Under the pieces are notes generated by a model. It saw only the letters and a program-made list of their open reading frames with translations, had not been told where the DNA came from and did no database searches. DNA of 64,000 bases. Origin: an uncultured Hormoscilla sp. GTDB lineage: Bacteria > Cyanobacteriota > Cyanobacteriia > Cyanobacteriales > Desertifilaceae. The stretch lies in NCBI GenBank assembly GCA_963921275.4, contig OZ001293.3, positions 2,048,001 through 2,112,000 of the forward strand, given 5' to 3'. Shown piece by piece: positions 52,435 through 62,121 of this stretch (position 1 is its first letter; each line of letters opens with the position of its first letter). The translations under genes and the position numbers were made by a program.

Positions 52435-55400
52435 ATGAGCAGCCACCCCTTTGCTATTTCCCTCAACCCTGATATCCAAGTCACAAGCACCGGAAAACAT
52501 TACACTCTGCACTCGGCAGAGTCAGAGCCAACCGCTTTGCTAAGCTTGGCCACAACACCGGGAATGGATATGGCTCTCGATCGCCTCAAAGCAGGCAGCA
52601 CGACCACCGAATCGCTCGTGCAAACCTTAGCCGAACTTGATGGTCGCGCAGCCGGGGAACAGTTCGCACTGACGCTACAACAACTGGACGAGCAAGGTTG
52701 GTTGAGTTACGCCGTATTGCCCCTGGCAGAGGCGATCCCCATGGTAGAATCCGCCGAGTTGAATCTTCCGGGCACTCCCCACTGGATGGAAACGGGTGTC
52801 ACTCTCTCCCGCTTTGCCTACCAACATCCCTACGAAGGCACAATGGTGTTGGAGTCGCCCCTCTCCAAGTTTCGAGTAAAGCTCCTCGACTGGCGAGCGA
52901 GTGTGCTTCTAGCTCAACTCGCCCAGCCCCAAACTCTCAGGACAATTGCACCACCGCCCTACCTGGGACCGGAAACCGCCTATCAGTTCCTCAACCTGTT
53001 ATGGGCAACGGGGTTTCTGGCGAGCGATCGCGAACCGGCTTCACTTCAACTTTGGGATTTCCATAACCTGCTGTTCCACAGTCGCAGCCGCTTGGGTCGC
53101 CATGACTACCCAGTTATGGACTATGATATGGAACACTGGTCAGATTTCCCGGCAGTGAAGCCACCCACGAGTGACAAAATTGTGCCCCTGTCGCGTCCGA
53201 ACTTGGAGGCATTGAGGTGTAACGATGCCACCCTGACAGAAGCGATTGAAACGCGGAAATCGCTAAAAGGAGAATATGACGACAATAATCCGATCGCGAT
53301 CGAGCAACTGGGAGAACTTCTTTATCGCACTGCCCGTGTCAAGAAATTGCTTTCTCCACAGGAGTGTTTGGGCAAATTTTGGCAGAAAGAAAAGCTGTAT
53401 TTTGAAGAAGCAGGTATAGACTATGGCGAGTTGACCCGTCGCCCTTATCCAAGTGGCGGGGCAATGTATGAATTAGAAATTTATCTGATAGTACGGCTTT
53501 GTCAAGGGTTGACTCAAGGAGTGTATCACTACGACCCACTGAATCACCACTTAGAGCAGATTTTTGAATTTTCACCGGAGGATGATATCTTAGCTACATC
53601 AGGTTATGGGGTATGGCATAAATTTGGTCATCCACCACAGGCTATCTTAGTGATTACGGCACGGTTCGGTCGGCTATTTCGTAAATATCGCTCTATCGCT
53701 TATGCGCTAGTGCTTAGGCACGTTGGGGTATTGCAACAAAATCTTTACCTAGTAGCAACTAATATGGGTCTAGCTCCCTGTGCTGGAGGAACAGCAGATA
53801 GCGATGCTTTTGCTCAAGTGGCTGGTCTAGACTATCTGGAAGAATCGGCTGTCGGAGAGTTCGTACTGGGCTCGTTGCCCAATGTCAAAGCAAGTGGGAT
53901 TGAATCCATTGAGGTGGATGGCTTAGAAGGGTCTGCCGAGGCGAACTTATCAGCGAGTTCAACTGAAATTGATGGGGTTGAACCCGAGTCCCTGGAAGCA
54001 GAAATGTTGGCAAATGAGGTTGAACCCAACGGGTTCGTGGCGGAAAATCAGGGGGCGGAGGCGAGGGAGGTTCTGGGAAATACTTCGACACGAGTTGAGG
54101 AAACTGAGGCTGAGGCAGTTGCGTTGGATGTTTCAGAGGGGCTAACCGAGACTCTAGACGCATCAACTCATATAGCAGATTCGGTTGACTTATCTGGGTC
54201 AGCCCCATCTCCATTCGAACCAATAGCATCAGAGGTTTTGGCTAGCGAAGTGGAATCGGGTGTTGCAGAGGATGAAATCGAACCTGCGGATGCTTCGGCT
54301 GGCGAAGTCGAGAGTTCTGCAACCAAACAAAAGGTGGCACTCCACCCCCACGATCTCGACGATCGCATCCCTGGTCTGGCTGACCTCCACAACCAAACCC
54401 TGGGCGACCCTCAGATTACCATTGTGATTCTAGACGGCGACCCAGACCACACATTGTCCTGTTTTGAAGGAGCCGAAGTTTCTAAGGTTTTTCCCTACTG
54501 GCACGAATCCGCAGAACCGATCGCCCCAGAAGATTATGCAACCTTCCAAGGTATCCGGGACAAGGGACTGAAGGGCAAGGAGAAAGAAGAAGCTCTCGAA
54601 GCTGCTATCCCAGAGACCAAGAACCGCGTCGAACTCAATGACCATGCTTGTCATGTCACCAGCAATATCGTTGGTCAAGAACACAGCCCCGTGTTCGGTT
54701 TAGCTCCTCGCTGCCGGGTGATTAATATGCCCCACGATGCCGTAATCAAGCCAGACAATGGCATCGCTTTGAGTGGCTACAGTGAAATGTTGTCGCCTCT
54801 GAATATAGCCCGTGCTCAAGAGTTGGCGTTGGAGTTGGGCGCAAATATCATTCACTGTGCCTTTTGTCGCCCCACCCAAACCAGCGAAGGGGAAGAGATC
54901 CTCGTCCAAGCCATCAAAAAATGTCAGGACAACAACGTTTTAATTGTCTCGCCCGCAGGAAACAATGCAAACGAATGCTGGTGTCTGCCTGCTGTTCTAC
55001 CGGGAACCCTGGCGGTGGGGGCTGCAAAAGTCGATGGTACGCCTTGCCACTTCAGTAACTGGGGCGGCAACAACACAAAAGAAGGCATCCTTGCTCCGGG
55101 TGAAGATGTTCTAGGGGCGCAACCCTTTACCGAAGAACCCGTGCGCCTAACTGGAACCAGCATGGCGGCTCCGGTGATGACGGGCATTTCCGCCCTACTG
55201 ATGAGCCTGCAAGTACAACAAGGCAAGCCCGTCGATGCAGAAGCCGTCCGCGCTGCCCTACTCAATGCCGCTATTCCCTGCGACCCAGAGGTTGTAGAAG
55301 AACCGGAACGCTGTTTGCGGGGCTTTGTCAATCTTCCTGGCGCAATGAACGTGCTGTTTGGGCAGCCCTCCGTCACTATTTCCTTTGCAGGCGGTCAAGC

Positions 55401-56427
55401 GACCCGCACCGAACGCCCCGGTTATGCTGCGGTTGCTCCAGAAAGCATTCCAGACCCAATGGCACAGAGCGCTACCCCAGCAGTACAACCCGCCACACCA
55501 ACTCAGATGGCGATCGCGCCCTCCACAGAACCAGCCAACCCAGCGACAGTTGAGGCCAGCACCGCCTTTTCCGGTCACGTTTATACTCTGGGTACACTCG
55601 GCTACGACTTCGGGGACGAAGCCCGTCGGGACACCTTCAAGCAACTCATGGCTCCTGCAAATCTTGACGGCATTATGGTGCCACCAGACCCCTACGATGC
55701 TCGCCAGATGGTGGAACACCTCGACCGCAACCCCGACGAGGCTCGCTCTTTGATTTGGACGCTCAACCTGGATGGAGACACCATCTACGCCCTCGATCCC
55801 AAAGGGCCGTTTGCCACGGATGTTTACGAGATATTCCTACAGATGTTGGCAGGGCAACTGGAACCAGAAACCAGTGCGGAATGTATCGAGCGCATCAGCG
55901 TTCCTGCCCGACGGACAACTCGCACTGTGGAACTTTTTTCTGAAGAAGTCGTGCCCGTCGTCAACGTGTGGCATCCTCGGGGGATGTACGGTTGGAATGT
56001 GAATGCGTTAGTCAATGCAGCGTTGGCAACTGTAGAAGATGAAGAAGCTGACGAAGAGGAACTGCGGCAAGGACTCACCGCCTTTTTAAATCGGGTGTAT
56101 CACGACCTGCATAATCTGGGACAAACCTCTCGCGATCGCGCCCTCAACTTTACCGTTACCAATACGTTTCAGGCAGCATCTACTTTTGCCCGGGCGATCG
56201 CCTCGGGGCGGCAACTCGACACCATTGAGGTGAAGAAAAGTCCCTATTGTCGCATCAACAGCGATTGCTGGGACGTGCTATTAACCTTTTTCGACCCCGA
56301 GAACGGGCGGCGATCGCGCCGGGTCTTCCGTTTCACGTTAGACGTAGTAGATACTGTACCGGTAACGGTGGGCAGCATCAAGAGTTGGTCATTGCCTGGT
56401 AAAGGCACCGTCGCAAAAACCATATAA
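52435..56427 (+). CDS. patG: Cyanobactin oxidase-macrocyclase fusion (PatG family)
   Basis: Azoline oxidase (WDFHNLLFHSRSR, RRPYPSGGAMYELE), acidic linker, subtilisin triad (ILDGDPD, DHACHVTS, TGTSMAAP) and C-terminal DUF. Confidence 0.95.
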   Translation: MSSHPFAISLNPDIQVTSTGKHYTLHSAESEPTALLSLATTPGMDMALDRLKAGSTTTESLVQTLAELDGRAAGEQFALTLQQLDEQGWLSYAVLPLAEAIPMVESAELNLPGTPHWMETGVTLSRFAYQHPYEGTMVLESPLSKFRVKLLDWRASVLLAQLAQPQTLRTIAPPPYLGPETAYQFLNLLWATGFLASDREPASLQLWDFHNLLFHSRSRLGRHDYPVMDYDMEHWSDFPAVKPPTSDKIVPLSRPNLEALRCNDATLTEAIETRKSLKGEYDDNNPIAIEQLGELLYRTARVKKLLSPQECLGKFWQKEKLYFEEAGIDYGELTRRPYPSGGAMYELEIYLIVRLCQGLTQGVYHYDPLNHHLEQIFEFSPEDDILATSGYGVWHKFGHPPQAILVITARFGRLFRKYRSIAYALVLRHVGVLQQNLYLVATNMGLAPCAGGTADSDAFAQVAGLDYLEESAVGEFVLGSLPNVKASGIESIEVDGLEGSAEANLSASSTEIDGVEPESLEAEMLANEVEPNGFVAENQGAEAREVLGNTSTRVEETEAEAVALDVSEGLTETLDASTHIADSVDLSGSAPSPFEPIASEVLASEVESGVAEDEIEPADASAGEVESSATKQKVALHPHDLDDRIPGLADLHNQTLGDPQITIVILDGDPDHTLSCFEGAEVSKVFPYWHESAEPIAPEDYATFQGIRDKGLKGKEKEEALEAAIPETKNRVELNDHACHVTSNIVGQEHSPVFGLAPRCRVINMPHDAVIKPDNGIALSGYSEMLSPLNIARAQELALELGANIIHCAFCRPTQTSEGEEILVQAIKKCQDNNVLIVSPAGNNANECWCLPAVLPGTLAVGAAKVDGTPCHFSNWGGNNTKEGILAPGEDVLGAQPFTEEPVRLTGTSMAAPVMTGISALLMSLQVQQGKPVDAEAVRAALLNAAIPCDPEVVEEPERCLRGFVNLPGAMNVLFGQPSVTISFAGGQATRTERPGYAAVAPESIPDPMAQSATPAVQPATPTQMAIAPSTEPANPATVEASTAFSGHVYTLGTLGYDFGDEARRDTFKQLMAPANLDGIMVPPDPYDARQMVEHLDRNPDEARSLIWTLNLDGDTIYALDPKGPFATDVYEIFLQMLAGQLEPETSAECIERISVPARRTTRTVELFSEEVVPVVNVWHPRGMYGWNVNALVNAALATVEDEEADEEELRQGLTAFLNRVYHDLHNLGQTSRDRALNFTVTNTFQAASTFARAIASGRQLDTIEVKKSPYCRINSDCWDVLLTFFDPENGRRSRRVFRFTLDVVDTVPVTVGSIKSWSLPGKGTVAKTI

Positions 56428-56535
56428 TCGTCTCAAAGACCGCCGTCTCCGGTTTTTGCGTGCCCATCAAGATGCTTTCGATGTGGAACCAAATTTTATT
56501 CTTTCGCTCGAGGCAGTATTGGGGATAGAAGAGGA
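56423..56535 (+). pseudogene. Short remnant of a third patF-like gene
   Basis: ATAATCGTCTCAAAGACCGCCGTCTCC..GCCCATCAAGATGCTTTCGATGT matches 51330-51445. Confidence 0.75.
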
Positions 56536-56580
56536 GTTAGTGTCTAGAATTTTTCGCCACCTTTACCAATGGTGGTAATG

Positions 56581-56738
56581 TAAGTACATAGGCAAAATTA
56601 TTTTGATATTTTTATCGACCGTCAATTTCCGAGAAGTTAATTTCCTGAAAGCTTTATGGGATGAGGTTTGAGCGCTCTAACTTTCCTGCACGCTCGCCCC
56701 ATCGCATAAATATAAAAATAATTTTGCACAACTACTTA
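56581..56738. mobile_element. MITE (~158 bp) at the right edge of the cyanobactin insert
   Basis: Imperfect TIRs TAAGTACATAGGCAAAATTATTTT / AAAATAATTTTGCACAACTACTTA. Confidence 0.65.
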
Positions 56739-56819
56739 AATGTAAGATATTTATCCCATTGGGTTAGCAATTAGCAATAGGGCTACGCGCACTTCGTACA
56801 AGCAATCAGCAATTCTCAC

Positions 56820-57575
56820 ATGAATAGTAAAATATTAGAAATTGAGAACCTCACAGTTAGCTTTGATGGTTTTAAGGCCCTGAACCAGCTAAACTTTAGC
56901 ATGGATACGGGGGAACTGCGGGTCATCATTGGTCCTAATGGTGCGGGAAAAACCACCTTTCTAGATGTGATAACTGGGAAGGTGCAACCAACAACAGGAC
57001 AGGTGCTATTTAAGGGCCGGAATACCCGACGCTTATCGGAACATAAAATAGCCCGCCTGGGAATAGGTCGCAAGTTTCAGACGCAGAGAGTTTACCTAAA
57101 TTTGACAGTCCGGGAAAATCTCGACCTCTCCTGTAACCGCAATCAAAATGTTTTTGCTACTCTGTTCAAACCGACATCCGTAGCTGAAGGTCACACTGTC
57201 AAAAACTTGCTGGCCACGATCGGGCTAACAGGGAAAGCGGAAATGAAGGCAGAATTGCTTTCTCACGGGGAAAAGCAACGGTTAGAAATAGGCATGTTAG
57301 TGGCACAGTCACCGGACTTGCTGCTAGTTGACGAACCCGTTGCGGGGTTGACAGATGAGGAAACCGAACAAACGGGGGATCTGCTGTTGAATTTGGCCGA
57401 AAGTCATTCCATTATTGTCATCGAACATGATATGGAATTTGTCCGCCAAATTGCCCGCCAGGTGACCGTGTTACATCAAGGTGCAGTTTTGTGCGAGGGT
57501 AGCATTGAGGAGGTGCAAAATGACCCCCAGGTGATCGAAGTTTATCTGGGACAACCCTACAACCAAGATGAATGA
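56820..57575 (+). CDS. urtD: Urea ABC transporter ATP-binding protein
   Basis: TVSFDGFKAL, GPNGAGKTT, GIGRKFQ, LSHGEKQRLEIGM and LLLVDEPVAG. Confidence 0.93.
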   Translation: MNSKILEIENLTVSFDGFKALNQLNFSMDTGELRVIIGPNGAGKTTFLDVITGKVQPTTGQVLFKGRNTRRLSEHKIARLGIGRKFQTQRVYLNLTVRENLDLSCNRNQNVFATLFKPTSVAEGHTVKNLLATIGLTGKAEMKAELLSHGEKQRLEIGMLVAQSPDLLLVDEPVAGLTDEETEQTGDLLLNLAESHSIIVIEHDMEFVRQIARQVTVLHQGAVLCEGSIEEVQNDPQVIEVYLGQPYNQDE

Positions 57576-57695
57576 ATCAGCAACTGTAGGTTGGGTTGAT
57601 GTCCCTTACCCAACCGCGCCCAATACTTCTCTGTTAAGACATTTTGAGATTACGATCCGATAGGATCTCATACCTGTCAAGGTAAACAGCAAGCA

Positions 57696-58205
57696 TTACG
57701 GAATAAACAACCGACCGACTCCCAGATAGTCTTGAATATCGAGCAGAATCTCTACAAGTCTTTCTACACAAGAGTCTCGATAATTATATTCCGATACTCG
57801 CGACCGATCGCCAATTGTAATAATGGGTAATGAGGTCGGCGTATTTTCTTCACGCATCACTCGTTCCAACGAGTCTTCACCGCAAAGCAATTGCGGTTGG
57901 CCGTAAGTAAAAGCATCTGATTAGCTTGAGCAAATTGCCACACAACCGGTGTCTCCTGGTCGCTCGATGTTCCTCGGTCGCTCGATATCTCTTGGTCGCT
58001 CGATGTATCCTGGGAGCGCTAAGCGCACTACCCGAGGAACATCGTACTCGCACTACCCAGGAGACACCGTCCGGTCATTACTATCTGCTGGTAGTCCTAT
58101 TTCCCTAAATGTCACTAACTGAATTAAAACGAGATTTAACCACCCTCTAGAAGCAATAGTTCCAGAAAGTAGAATAGCTTCCTGATTCAAATTGTAGTCA
58201 ACCAG
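57696..58205 (-). pseudogene. DUF5615-like PIN toxin disrupted by a palindromic insertion
   Basis: GLPADSNDR..VVWQFAQANQMLLLTANRN..DSLERVMREENTPTSLPIITIG..GVGRLFIP, with an insert at ~57947-58069. Confidence 0.65.
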
Positions 58206-58210
58206 AACAA

Positions 58211-58588
58211 TCATTTCTTTTCTGCTTCCCGCTCCATTCTCTGTTTGATAATCTTGAGTCGAGCGGCTTCGTTCCCTGAACTGGGTGGTCTGGCGGTAAT
58301 GCGAGCAAAGTGCTCCCGGTTACGTTCTTCCCAATATTGTCGTGTCTCTTCCCCTTGACGCAATATTTCTTGATACTCGGCTTCTACTGCTATTGTATGG
58401 GTTTCAATATAGTGCATCGCCCCATCGATCTGCTCGGGAGTCAGGTTGAAAGCATCGCGAATGTACTTGCGTGGATACTCGGCTTTGAGATAATACATCA
58501 CATCGTATATGGTGCTCCGAGTGCCCGCGATCGCCAATCCCCGTTCGGTACGAATAATTGTCTCTTGTTCGCTAAGTTCTTTTGTCAT
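58211..58588 (-). CDS. DUF433 family protein
   Basis: IIRTERGLAIAGTRSTIYDVM..FNLTPEQI..A..YIE.H. Confidence 0.8.
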   Translation of the reverse strand: MTKELSEQETIIRTERGLAIAGTRSTIYDVMYYLKAEYPRKYIRDAFNLTPEQIDGAMHYIETHTIAVEAEYQEILRQGEETRQYWEERNREHFARITARPPSSGNEAARLKIIKQRMEREAEKK

Positions 58589-58606
58589 CTCCTATCCCCT
58601 GTGGTA

Positions 58607-61004
58607 ATTAAACTAAGCCAGTCCGTCACCGGACCGACTCGTCTTCAAAACCGGACATGAGACTTTCGCCTCATCCGGCTCCTCGGTCACGCCACCCTTG
58701 TCATGGGTACGGCTACTACCATCGCTGGCAGTCTTTTTGTCGTGGCAGTGTTTGTGTAGCAACTGTAGGTTGTCATACCGGTCCTTACCTCCTAGTGAAA
58801 GGGGCATGATATGGTCAACTTCCCATTTGTCACTATCCATAAACGTTAGTCCGCACTGTTGGCATTTTCCCTTTTGCTGCTTGAGTAGCGTTGCTACCCT
58901 TTTACTCAGTTCGAGGCTTTTGCCTAATCTTGTGCTCCAATATGTGAGGTTCCCGTCGTATGGGCTTGCGGTCCCTTTCACTTTTACGTGTCTGATTATC
59001 TCAGTTTCGGAGTGTTTGCGTATCTTCATATCACCCTCTTTTGTCTTGCTTCGGAATCGCCATTTAGCATCCTGGTTTACAGACCAGTATTTATAGGTTA
59101 TCCAGTTACTTGACTTGTTAGGGTGCCTCCTTTTGGCCCATTGCCATAGGATGTTTTATAGGTAGTTGTCCATATCGCTGTAAGTTTCCTTGCTTACCAC
59201 TGTCCTAAAGTAGTTTGACCATCCCCTTATTATCGGGTTTAGCCTGCTTATTAGGGCCGCTTGTGGTGCTGTTATATGGCTAGTTACCATTTCTGATAAC
59301 CGTTCTTTATGCTTCCCTATGGACTTATTACTGGGTTTGATTAGGGTTTTGAATCCTAGGGGTGTTCCGTTTGTTGATTTGCCGGTTCTGTATTTTCCCT
59401 CTTTATATTGCCTTATATTGAATCCTAGGAAGTCGAATCCCGGGTTTTCTCCATTTAGCCTGTGGGCTATCTTTGTCTTTTCGGCCTTCAACTCAAGCCC
59501 TATTCTTCTTAGCCACTCTGCCACCACTGTTTGCGCTCTGTCTATCATCTCCCTGTCTTCATGCATGATCACAAAGTCGTCTGCGTATCTGACTACCGTC
59601 AGCTTTTGCTTTTCCCTTTGTGTCTTTGCTAATTCCATTACTGCTTCCTCTAACCCCTGTAGGGCTATATTGGCTAGCAGTGGGGATATGACACCCCCTT
59701 GTGGCGTTCCTGCCTCAGTTGTGTGCCATATCTTCTTGTCAATCACCCCGGCTTTTAACCATGCCCGTACTTGTTTACGGATTGGTGACGTAGTATTTAA
59801 TTTTTCGACTAGCGCTTTGTGGTCTATCCTGTCGAAACATTTCGCAATATCTGCATCTAATACCCATTTGGGTTTCTGTTTAATGCTGCTGAATATTGCC
59901 GCAATTGCATCGTGGCATCCCCGACCCGGTCTGAATCCGTATGAGTTCCCCTCCATATATGCTTCCCATTCGGGTTCGAGCGCAATCTTGAGGAGCCCTT
60001 GATTCGCGCGGTCGTGCATCGTGGGTATTCCTAAAGGACGTTTTTCTTCTCTCCCTGGCTTAGGAATCCATACACGACGTGTAGGCTTAGCCTTGTTTGA
60101 GATTTCAATCTGTCCTACCAGTTCTCGGCGTTGCTTTGGGGTTAGTGATTTCACACCATCCACACCGGCTGTCTTCTTTCCCTGGTTATCTTGTGTAACC
60201 CGTCGTACCGCTAGACATTTGGCAGCCCGGGAGCTTACCAGTAACCTTTGGAGCCTGCGAACTTTTTGCTTATTGCCTTCTTGTGCCGCTCTGTAAATTC
60301 GTTTTTGCAACTTAAAGACTACCCGTTCCAGCCGAGGCCAGGGGATATCCTTCCATTCATTCATCGATTTTGACATCGTGCTCATGACGTATGTATTGCT
60401 ACTTACAACTTTACAATTGACGTTACCGTGAGGGCGTCAGCATATCCCATCCATTACAGAAAGGCGTTAGCTTCTCCGCGAAATCTTTCCCAGATATAAC
60501 CTGCCGAATGTAAGCAGATGTTGCGCCTTTGGTGGCTGCTCAACCTATCGACCGGTGGTTGAGAGTATGTACCTGGTTTACTTCGTTCCTCTAGATGATT
60601 GGTCGTAGTTTTAGGTGGATTCCTTATGCCGGGTTTATTGTCGGTGCTTATTGGTCGGAAAAGGAACCGCCAATGACCATTATCCTTTCCCTTTTGGGCC
60701 AGCGTGTTTAGCCTTATTACGCTGGTTTGTCGTAACGACACTGTAAATCTTTGCTTTCGCTCACCGTAACTACTTGCACGCTGCGCGAAAAATCGGCGAT
60801 GACCGGTTTAGGCTACCAGCCAGGGCGCCTTTCGTACCCGCTTCACGGATTGATGCCATCGCTACCGTGGGGTAAGTGCTGTCACTCCTGCACCTGGAGG
60901 GGTGGGCTTTCACCACCATCATCTAAAAGTTATCAAGGCTAATGGAGCCTTGCCAGTGGTCCCCCTTCGGTTATCACCGGTGGTTTACACTGAACGAGTC
61001 GCAC
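58607..61004 (-). mobile_element. Group II intron (chloroplast-like class) with RT-maturase-HNH ORF
   Basis: 5' GTGCGACTCGTTC at 61004; domain V GAGCCGGATGAGGCGAAAGTCTCATGTCCGGTTT; 3' end ..CTTAGTTTAAT at 58607. Confidence 0.9.
58613..60385 (-). pseudogene. ltrA: Intron-encoded reverse transcriptase/maturase/HNH with one in-frame stop
   Basis: TAGVDG, RPLGIP, YGFRPGR, GTPQGGVISPLLAN, RYADD and FDFLGF; TAA at 59156-59158 is followed in frame by NILWQWAKRRHP..C..CG..EVDHI..LLHKHCH. Confidence 0.9.
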
Positions 61005-61395
61005 TGGAATCTCCGATATTTCACTTCCCTTATCATTATAAAAGGTTAAAGGATAAATGGCATTCTCAGGCAGAGCCAGGGAACCATGAAGATCGCGATC
61101 GCCGCTCTGGTCCGAACTACACTGACGATGGTAACGGCATGGAGATTGCTAGCCCTCCTGGCGTCGGGCCGCTGCGCTAACGGGGGGAGTTACTCCTACT
61201 ATACAATGATATCTCAATTATCCGCCCCCCGAGCAATGACATTGTTTATGGTAACGGCGGCTCAGATGTAACGCTATTAGATAGCACGGGCATTACTTCT
61301 TCTGCCAATTCTGCAACACTTCCTTCCCGGTAGGACGCGATCGCTACTATCCCAGTCGCAAACCCCCCTTAGGCATTATAGAAGCTTACACCCGC

Positions 61396-61740
61396 TTGCT
61401 GCTGCCCTACAAGCCCCCGCTGGAAATGGCCGCAGTTAATGCCGAAAAGGGCGAGCGGGTGGGTTTCAATTTAGAAGCAATTGCTAAAATCCAGGAAATT
61501 ACAACTGTTGCTGGGGCGAAATTCCTCCTAGTCATGACCCCTCTCCTGCGGGAAGTTGGCGCACCCGAACCCCGCAATTATGAAATTAAAGCCCGATCGC
61601 GACTATTGGAACTTACTTCATCGCAGGGAATAGAATACATTGACTTTTTGCCGATTTTCAAGGATGCCGAAAACCTGAATCATTGTATCGCGATCATATT
61701 CATCTAAGTCCCGCAGGTAACCAGATGGTGAGTCAAACTA
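61396..61740 (+). pseudogene. C-terminal remnant of an SGNH/GDSL hydrolase
   Basis: KFLLVMTPLLRE..IEYIDFLP.F, then frameshifted YRDHIHLSPAGN. Confidence 0.6.
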
Positions 61741-61792
61741 TATGCTATGCTATTCGTAGGTTTGGTTGATGTTAGGAAACCAAACCAGCGAT

Positions 61793-62116
61793 AAACCAAG
61801 GACAAACCTGTTGGGTTTCTGGACGAAACCCAACGCAAGCGCTCTTACTACAAACCAAGGACAAACCTGTTGGGTTTCTGGACGAAACCCAACGCAAGCG
61901 CTAAAGCGCTTACTACAAACCAAGGACAAACCTGTTGGGTTTCTGGACGAAACCCAATGCAAGCGCTAAAGCGCTTACTGCAAACCAAGGACAAACCTGT
62001 TGAGTTTCTGGACGAAACCCAACGCAAGGGCTAAAGCGCTTACTACAAACCAAGGACAAACCTGTTGAGTTTCTGGACGAAACCCAACGCAAGGGCTAAA
62101 GCGCTTACTACAAACC
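61793..62116. repeat. Tandem array of five ~59-65-bp palindromic units
   Basis: AAACCAAGGACAAACCTGTTGGGTTTCTGGACGAAACCCAACGCAAGCGCTAAAGCGCTTACTAC repeated head to tail; internal hairpin GTTGGGTTTC/GAAACCCAAC. Confidence 0.9.
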
Positions 62117-62121
62117 TATGG

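Noticed and set aside
58613..60385. DGR, retron or defence-associated RT
   Set aside because: The ORF lies inside a complete group II intron with a GTGCG start, domains V/VI and an HNH domain; no template/variable repeat pair was seen.
60640..60680. EBS1-IBS1 match for the RT-encoding intron
   Set aside because: The candidate loop does not obviously pair with the 5' exon end (ATTCCA), so no target-site claim is made.
61793..62116. CRISPR array
   Set aside because: The units are contiguous with no unique spacers.
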